Source of the DNA: Trichosphaerium sp. ATCC 40318
Lineage: Eukaryota; Protista; Tubulinea
NCBI GenBank assembly: GCA_038496445.1
Contig: JALMLS010000320.1
Span: 248,001-312,000, forward strand
DNA length: 64,000 nucleotides
Reading direction: 5' to 3'
The position numbers and the translations under genes are program-made. Positions 56,201 through 64,000 of this stretch are shown here, in pieces. The notes under the pieces are model-generated. The model searched no databases. It had not been told where the DNA came from and saw only the letters and a list, made by a program, of their open reading frames with translations. How positions within the stretch are numbered: position 1 is the stretch's first letter; each line of letters starts with the position of its first letter.

Positions 56201-57971
56201 AATACCAATACTCAATAGATCTCCTGTAGCTTTAATACTCTGGTTTATCTTTCCAACTATCCACAAAAACATTCTATCATATAGTCCTTTAGCCAAGGCA
56301 TCACGTGTAAATTGAGCCTTAAAGAAAGTTAATTGTAGTTCGCTAGCTAGTATTTTTAGCATTCTGCGGCTAGCATACCCCAGTAATATCCAATGGCACG
56401 TTAATGACAGATGTCACACGACCGCCACCACCAGTAATAGTTCTACTACATAAAGCACGCAATAAAGTGTCTGTATCACATTTTAAGCACTTTGCAGCTT
56501 TTTCAACAACTACAAAAAAAATAAGTAAAAAACCGATAGAATTCCGTAGAATAGTTAGTGTTTTTGTGTTTACCGGACTTGTCTTTGATGGTTGCTCTGC
56601 CTTGTCCTGGGCAATGAGGGTCATCAATATACTCTACATTACCAACGTGAAGAATAAAAGCAATAACACGCCAGATCTGGTCTTGGTCTTCGGCAGAAAA
56701 ATTCAAAACTTTCATAGCAGCCTATTAAATAAGAATTAAATCACTTTTAGCTCCGTTGAACATCAAAGCCCGAAAAAAAAAAATGTTCAATTCCCTCCTT
56801 ACCTTCACTATTTTATGTTCTGTCACATCGTTAATACTACCAACTTTATAGCATTCACTCTTTTTCAAGAAGCAATAATCCTCCGGATTGCTTGTCAAGC
56901 CATATTCTCCTTTATCAAGGTTTGTTAATTTTAGAATAAATGAAAACACGTGGTTATAAAGAACTACCTAGTAATGAACCTCCCGCGGCCAGGAGTTGGT
57001 AAAAAATGTGAAAGCTTCTCTCTCCGACAGCTGGGTTAACAACACGAGATTTTTCAAGCAAATCTAGATTAAAAAAAAATGTCACAAACAGAAACTAGGC
57101 CCTAAAAAAAGACGTAATTAAAAAAAACATATCATCGTACAAGTGCTAATTTTTCCACCAACAGGAGCACCATTTCCTTCAAAATGTATCTCCATGTATT
57201 TACCAAACCTTGAACTATTGTCGTTCCTTATTGTTTTTGCATTACCAAAGGCTGGACGAAAAATAGCGATTAGTTTTTTGAACGTTATGAGATGGGACAA
57301 AAAAAAAGTTAAAACGCACCTTCAAGAATTGGATTACTCTTTAACAGTAAGTCCTTAATACGGTCCACTTCTGCAGAACTCGTACTGACCTTCGCGATGT
57401 AGTTCATGATAATTTTTGATGCCTCTGTTTTACCAGCGCCTGATTCGCCACTACCATTTCGTAAGCGTACTGCGTATTCTTTCAGTGGTACATACCTGAT
57501 GATAATACATTGATTTTCCATTCTTTGCAGCATAAAGCGGTATGCGTCATTGGCTAGCGCGTATCTAGCATTAATTGAGCATTTTGCCGAATTGTAGAGT
57601 GGGTTGTATCAAAAAATTGCGTACATGTGCGGCGAGCGTTCATACTTGTATTTTCCGCGATACTCATCGATGTCATTTTGCTACACGACCGTTGGTACAC
57701 AGGGTTTGCCTCAATTTTTCGAATAGAATAAAACGTACTGTAAACATGTTGAGCTGTTTGTACGGGTTAATACTGACTACTACATCACCAATGTATGTCT
57801 GAGCAGAAAAAAAAAGGTTAGCGGTTCGTTAAAACATAATAAAACTAAGCAGTAGCGTACGTAGATAAGGTCCTTTGCATAACGGACTTTGGTATTGTCG
57901 TAGACGGCGTCCTCTGTCAGCTCTTCAAGCAAAACGTAATCAGGTACGCCCTCTCCTTGTTTGACCTCCAT
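53222..57971 (-). CDS. Class I myosin (short tail: IQ + TH1)
   Basis: [64 protein letters not shown]-like [10 protein letters not shown]; no SH3 seen. Confidence 0.93.
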
Positions 57972-58294
57972 TGCGTTCTAGTTCTTTGTAGTTTTGGTGA
58001 AAGTTCGATAAGAACTGCAGCGCTAGAACACAACTTAATATGAGAACTGTTTCGTGGTACACGTACACGTTTGCAAGTTTTATAATAAAAGCGCTGCTTA
58101 CGGCAAAAACTTCCCAAATTAAGATTTTAGTAGGCGAACTGCAAGCTGTCAGCATCCTCAAAACTCTTTACAGCACTACTACAAGACTTGATAAAACCGC
58201 TAAATCGTGTACGGGCTTGTAGAGCGCAGTACAAGGTCATTTACTGCGACATGTGTCAAGTTATTTCTTTTACATTCCGTTCGATTGTAGCAGG

Positions 58295-60518
58295 ATGGCA
58301 AACGACATGAATGCGCTTGATAAATTATTGAGATCACCAGAGGTTACAATTGAGTCTATTGAAGCCGTTATGGCAAAAGTATCTCCTAACACTCAATTAC
58401 CGTTGATGAGAGGTTCCAAACTCGCATATTAATCCGTTTACGTGTTATTAGGATGGATATCACCATTACTGCTCACAATTAAAGTAAATGGGCCATCTTG
58501 TGACGCCATTGTTGCCTATTTGCTTGAGAAAGGAGTGCGTTACGAGAATAATGTAAAACACCGCTGACTTGGTGGAGGCAAACCCTGATGTTGGTGACTC
58601 CAAAGGTACACGTGCCTTGCGGACGCATTATATAAGGTTAATGAACAAAAAGGAAATACGCCACTGCTACAAGCCGCCATGTGGAATAACGACGCTGTTA
58701 TAACGCGCTTAGTGAAGCAGAACGCAGATGTCACAACAAAAACACGTTTTGGTGACACTTGTATTCACAAGGCACTAACACGAACTTGTTACTCCTATCT
58801 AACAGCAACTCGTGCAGTTGATGTCTAGTCCACAATCAAAACCTTCAAAAGAGTGCATATCTTTGCTAGTATCTAAAGGTGCTTCCCTCACAGCACAAAA
58901 TAAGGTCGGAGATACACCACTGATAAAGGCGGTAAGGTACAAACGCGGTACCAGTCTTTGTTGAATAAACTCACACAGAAGTCAGGCAAGGAAACCTACA
59001 AGGAGTCATTGTACTATGCGATATAGCAAAATCAAATACATCAAGCGACGCTGATTGTTTGGCTCTGCTTGATACTAGAAACAAGAAAGGTTATTCTCCA
59101 GTTCATGAAGCAGCAATTTGGGGGCACTTGGATATCTTAAAACATCTTCTGGACAACGGTAAAACGCTCTTTTTTGCTGGACAACTGACATGACTCTAAT
59201 AGGCTTTGATGTTAACTGTACAGATGCAGACCAAAATAGACCCCTCCACCTTGCTGGTATACCAATGGTAACTCTACTATTAAGGCTAAATGCATCTTAG
59301 ATAACAGGAAATTGAACCCTAGACAACCAATGGCGGCACGTCTAGCTTGTGTTCGTGTACTGCTAGAAAAAGGTGCAGATGTCAATGCTGTAAACATTCT
59401 TGGTAATACAGCACTTCATTGCGTTGAAGGAACTGTAGAAGTTGCTCATGAAGTTATAAAGCAAGGATTTGATTTAACTCTAAAGAATGTCGAAGGTGAT
59501 ACGCCATTACTGGCACACCTCAAGGTACAAACAAAGTATTCCTTGATTTTGTTTTTATTCAAAAAAAAAAAAAAAAAGATTGTATTTCTAACCTGCTTCA
59601 AGGCTTCTAAGCTCAATATCCATGTTATTGATGCGCTTATACGCACTATGAAGGAAAAGAAAATAGAGCTACCTTATGACATCATGGGCACGTGGGAAAG
59701 CAACACTCAAGGTGTGATTTAAAAAAGCGCTTTTTTAAAAGAGATTTCTTACGTGCTTTTAGATACTTTACTGCACTTACTAGCTCAATATGACATGGCA
59801 GACACATTGTCAATTATTCTGGGGTCGGGATCTCTCGAAATCACGCAGGTTGGCGACATGAAAAACACAAATGGTGAAACAGTTGCAGATGTTTCTTTAC
59901 GGGAACATAGCGTCTTCTCTCTTCTCTCTCTTTTGCGTGCTGGAATCAAAATTGACTCAGAAAGTGTTAAAAAGTATGTAAATAGTGATGGAGAGACAAT
60001 ACTATACACTGCAATACGTTCCCTAGCTTCTGAAGAAGGCACGTCATTTGTCGTGAAAAATTTTTTCTTATTTGAATATTCTTACGCTCACATTGATGTG
60101 AATAGACTTGGAGACTCTTATTAGTAGTGGTATGGATGTAAACGCTTCTAAACCAAACATGGACGGGTTCTCTGATGGCGGGTTAGTGACTTTGTAGTTG
60201 AAACAGGCAAATGCTTTCCTAATCCTAATATGTGCCACATTTAGACAGCCAGTACATACAGCTTCACAGTGTGATCATGTAGACGCTTTACGCGTACTAG
60301 TATCTCATGGAGCCTCAGTTAACTCACAAAACAATTTTAACAAGAATACTCCTCTACATATTGCTGTAGAGTTTAAGAATGAGAAAGCTACTGTTTGGTT
60401 ATTAAAGAATGGTGCAGACTCAAAGTTAAAGAATGCTCGGGATCTTGACGCACTTGAAAATTCACCATCGACTTGCTTTCCAGAAAGCATTGTATCTATG
60501 TTCTCTAAGGAGTCATAG
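58295..60518 (+). CDS. Ankyrin-repeat protein
   Basis: Multiple GNTPLL/GDTPL/TPLHIA..GADVNA repeats. Confidence 0.9.
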
Positions 60519-60723
60519 AAAAAAGACATTAAAAGGTGTTTAATAATCAGTCTAAAAAAAGTGGCGAGCCATGACGTTTTTTCTTTTTATATGCTCTTGT
60601 GACCGCCGCTAGCACAATTCTTGCACCGTTCGCCGATTTATGAGCTAAAAAGAATAAAACGTCACGAAACGTAGTCAAAAGTGTTCGATCGTAAGTATTA
60701 TCTCTGGTCTTTAGTAGGACGCA

Positions 60724-63538
60724 ATGGCAGAGCCTGACACAAAATCAAACAGCAAACAGAGCGAGGAGAGAGAAAAGTTGATAGACGATAGCGAAGAGGA
60801 GCTGGGACCTTTTAAAGTAGCGATATACACTACAGTAGGATGCAAGTGGTGTCGTAAAGCAAAGGTGCTCCTATTTGTGTTACATTTTTACTCCGTAAGC
60901 TTATTCGGTCATAAAGGCACTCCTAGCAAGCAAAAATGTCCCTGTTCTGAATATTAATCTTACTGAATCGCCTGACCGCGTCACCGAAATGGTGGAACTC
61001 GCAGGTGGTAAGAAGACAGTACCTCAGATATTCTTTGGCACAAAACATATTGGAGTAAGGCTGCTTTTTTTAGTAATGTAAAAATGTTGACACGCATAAA
61101 ACAGGGGTGCTCAGAATTACTCGAGTTGGAGAGCGATGGTAAGCTAGATGATATGCTCAAAAAAGGTAAAAATATCTTATCTAACTACTTTTGTTTTACA
61201 CCCCACTAGCTATGAGTGCTGATTCCCCAGGCACCGCTTCGCCTCAATTTATAGTGCCTGGACCACATATAGCTATTTTCACCTCTCATGGGTGCAAATA
61301 CTGCAAAAGGTACGTCATTCGCTTAAACAACGTTTGCGGACTACTCACGTAAGTTTTCTTTAGAGCTAAAAAGTTACTAAAAACAAAAAACTTGAAAGAC
61401 GAGGTGATTGTTGAAATAAACCTTGATCAAGCAAGCCATAGACGTGATCAAATGGTAGAATATTCAAACGGAAAGAAATCTGTCCCTCAAATCTTTATAA
61501 ATGGAAAACACGTTGGCGTAAGTTTTGCTTTCGACTTTTTTTGATGATTTCTCCGTTTGATTTGCTTCTCTGAAGTTAATGTTTTCTCTTAGGGCTCAGA
61601 CGATATTCATGCGCTTGAAGATGAAGGGAAACTCAATTCTATGCTCGAGCTTGGTATGTAATTGCCTACTTAGTTTTGGATTAGCTCTTTTTTTGTTTAT
61701 TTTTTGTTAGCGCTTATTACAAAGATACCAAAGGAATTCCAAGAGCTTTATGTTCCTGTACAGAAGAAGGTTGATTGTAGTAAAAGTAAGGACAAAGAAT
61801 CTAGCTCTGGATCAGATGACGAAGCGCACCAGGCGATGTTGAAAACGGTTAGTTGGAAAAATTTTGATGTTTTTTTTTGTGTGAGATGTTGAGCTTACTT
61901 CTTTCTTAGTATAGAGAAGCTACCTTAAAAATGCGTAGCCGCATGTATGGTGTTAAAGTAAAGGTACTATACACATGCGCAATCCTGTTCGAAATATTAA
62001 TTGTTTTTTTTTGTAGACAAGAAAATACAAAATGACAACCTACAAGGATTGTTTTATAGGAAAAGAAGCTGTTGACTGGCTAGTAAAGAATGTGACAACG
62101 GTTCACTCAAGACAAGAAGCTGTAGAGTTTGGTACAGGTTTGATGCAGTACCAATTAGTTCATCATGTACGTTGTTAACAACATAGCTGTTAAAAAAGTG
62201 GCAAAGCTCTAACTTTGTTTTTTCGTTTAGGTTTGCAGGAGTCAGCCTTTCCGCGATGGACACTTTTTCTACAGGTTCCAGGCCGATTGTAAAGGAACTG
62301 TACTTAATATGAAGACTGTTTGGACAAAACAAGCTCGTAGTGCCGAGGAGGTTGCTGAAGATTTGAGGAAGCAAATTGCTGATTTATTTGCCGCTCATGT
62401 TGATGATACAGGACGTGGTGTTGATTACGCTGCTATAAGCACTTCGGACAAATTTGATGATTATAGACGTGCTGCATCCGAGTTACAAACAGTACGTTAC
62501 ATCCGTGATAACAACTGTGGCGGTCGTTTTTTTTTCTCATTTTGTTTTTCTTTGAACGCTCGCCTTGAGTTGGTACTAAAATGTATCGGGTTTTTTGCGA
62601 TTTGAGATGTTCTGGCTAACAATGGTTAGGTTAATTTACAATCTTTGCGTCCTCATGCTAAGAAAGCTCTTTTTGTTAACTTGTACAATGCCTTGGTATG
62701 TATTCCTACTTTTTTCTGTTTTTCGCATAAAATTTTATTTCGTTCTCACGTTACTGTGCTTATTTTTGGTTAGGTTATTCATGGTATAGTTGAAGAGGGT
62801 GTACCTGATAGTGCTGTTAAACGTAACTGGTTCTTTGGGAATATTAGTTACAACATCGGAGGCAATTATTTTTCTCTTAATGATATTGAGCATGGTATTC
62901 TTCGTGGAAATAAGAAACCTCCTGGTCCATTTTCTTCAAGACTTATTGGTAAAGATGATCCAAGGTATGTTGTGTTTAGTATGAGGTGATTTGATTTGTA
63001 TGTTGTTTACAAGAGATAGAGCACCATTGGTTATGATTGTAAGAGATGCTCGTATTCATTTCGCGCTAGTTTGTGGTGCTAAGTCTTGCCCACCTATTCG
63101 TATTTATACAACAGAAAATGTTGATCAAGCATTGGATTGGGCTGCTGAGAGTTTTATTGATGACGAAACAACAGTTGATCCTAATAAAAAAGAGGTACGA
63201 TATCTGCTTTCTTTCGGACGCAGAAAAAATAAGAAAAACCAAAAAAAAAGATTTGTTCTTTCTTTGAGTTTAACATGAAACTAGGTCAAGCTTTCACAAC
63301 TTTTCAAATGGTATTCAAGTGATTTTGGAAAGACAAACCTAGGTACATTCTTTGATCTTTTTATACAGCCTTGTGTGTTTGATTTCTAACATCCCTTTTT
63401 TTTTATTTAGAGGTTTTAAAGTTTGTGTCGAAATACGTGACAGGTCAGAAAAAGACTGATCTAGATAAACTCATTTTAAATAAGAGCTTCTCTATTAAAT
63501 ACAGTACATACAACTGGGCCGCTAATAAGCGATCTTAA
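60724..63538 (+). CDS. Glutaredoxin x2 - DEP - DUF547 protein
   Basis: CKWC/TVPQIF and CKYC/SVPQIF Grx domains, DCFIGKEAVDWL DEP, and SLNDIEHGILRGN / DARIHFALVCGAKSCP DUF547. Confidence 0.88.
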
Positions 63539-64000
63539 TTGAAAAAAAAAGCAGACAAACAAAAAAATCCAAAAAAAAAATTAGGCATCGTTTTGTTACT
63601 TGAACTACCCCTTGTATAAAAACCTTGTATGTACTCTATAAACGCTTTATTTTGTAAAATTATAGTCTATTGTTGACTTTTGCCAGAGATGCGAAACATT
63701 TCACGTGCTTTGGCTCAAAACGCAACACACGAGCCAAGTTTTTTAATTTTCTTTCGAAATCATCAAAACAAAACCACTACAGGCATCTTTGACGCCATAC
63801 CATGTCGCTGGTACATCTTCAAAGTGAAAAAAATATTCCATCTCTTCAACACCTCCCACCTGAGATACTTACAGAGATATTGAGTAATTTGGACATGCTG
63901 GAGCGTATAAGCACCACGAGAGTTTGTCATTTATTAAATAACATTATTCGCAAAAACCTTGGATTTGACTGGATAAGAGTGACAGAACCAGCAGATTGTA

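Noticed and set aside
63560-64000. Possible 3' end of a minus-strand gene
   Set aside because: Too little sequence to assign a frame or family.

Overview
Gene-dense, AT-rich nuclear DNA from a microbial eukaryote. It uses the standard code, has many ~40-60 nt spliceosomal introns with GT(A/G)CG-type donors, and has frequent GC-AG introns. About 28 protein genes or gene relics are recognisable: two tandem Dispatched/RND paralogues, intron-poor F-box/LRR genes, a Sec2/Rabin8-like protein, an Mx-like dynamin, an eIF1A-like/F-box fusion, a di-ubiquitin-like protein, three dermatopontin-like secreted proteins, an IFRD-like protein, CSTF2, C2, AlkB-like, NHL, GRAM-SNARE, an in-frame COG0523(CobW)-Cdc123 fusion, a PI3K-like kinase, myosin I, ankyrin and Grx-Grx-DEP-DUF547. 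RNA genes are two identical inverted tRNA-Cys(GCA) copies, one inside a CSTF2 intron, and a circularly permuted tRNA-Leu(UAG)-like gene (3' half upstream of 5' half, break in the variable region), which is the most striking feature. A second candidate system is an innate-immunity-like cluster at ~16-25 kb. Family calls come from motif recognition by eye, not database searches. Spliced gene boundaries are approximate.
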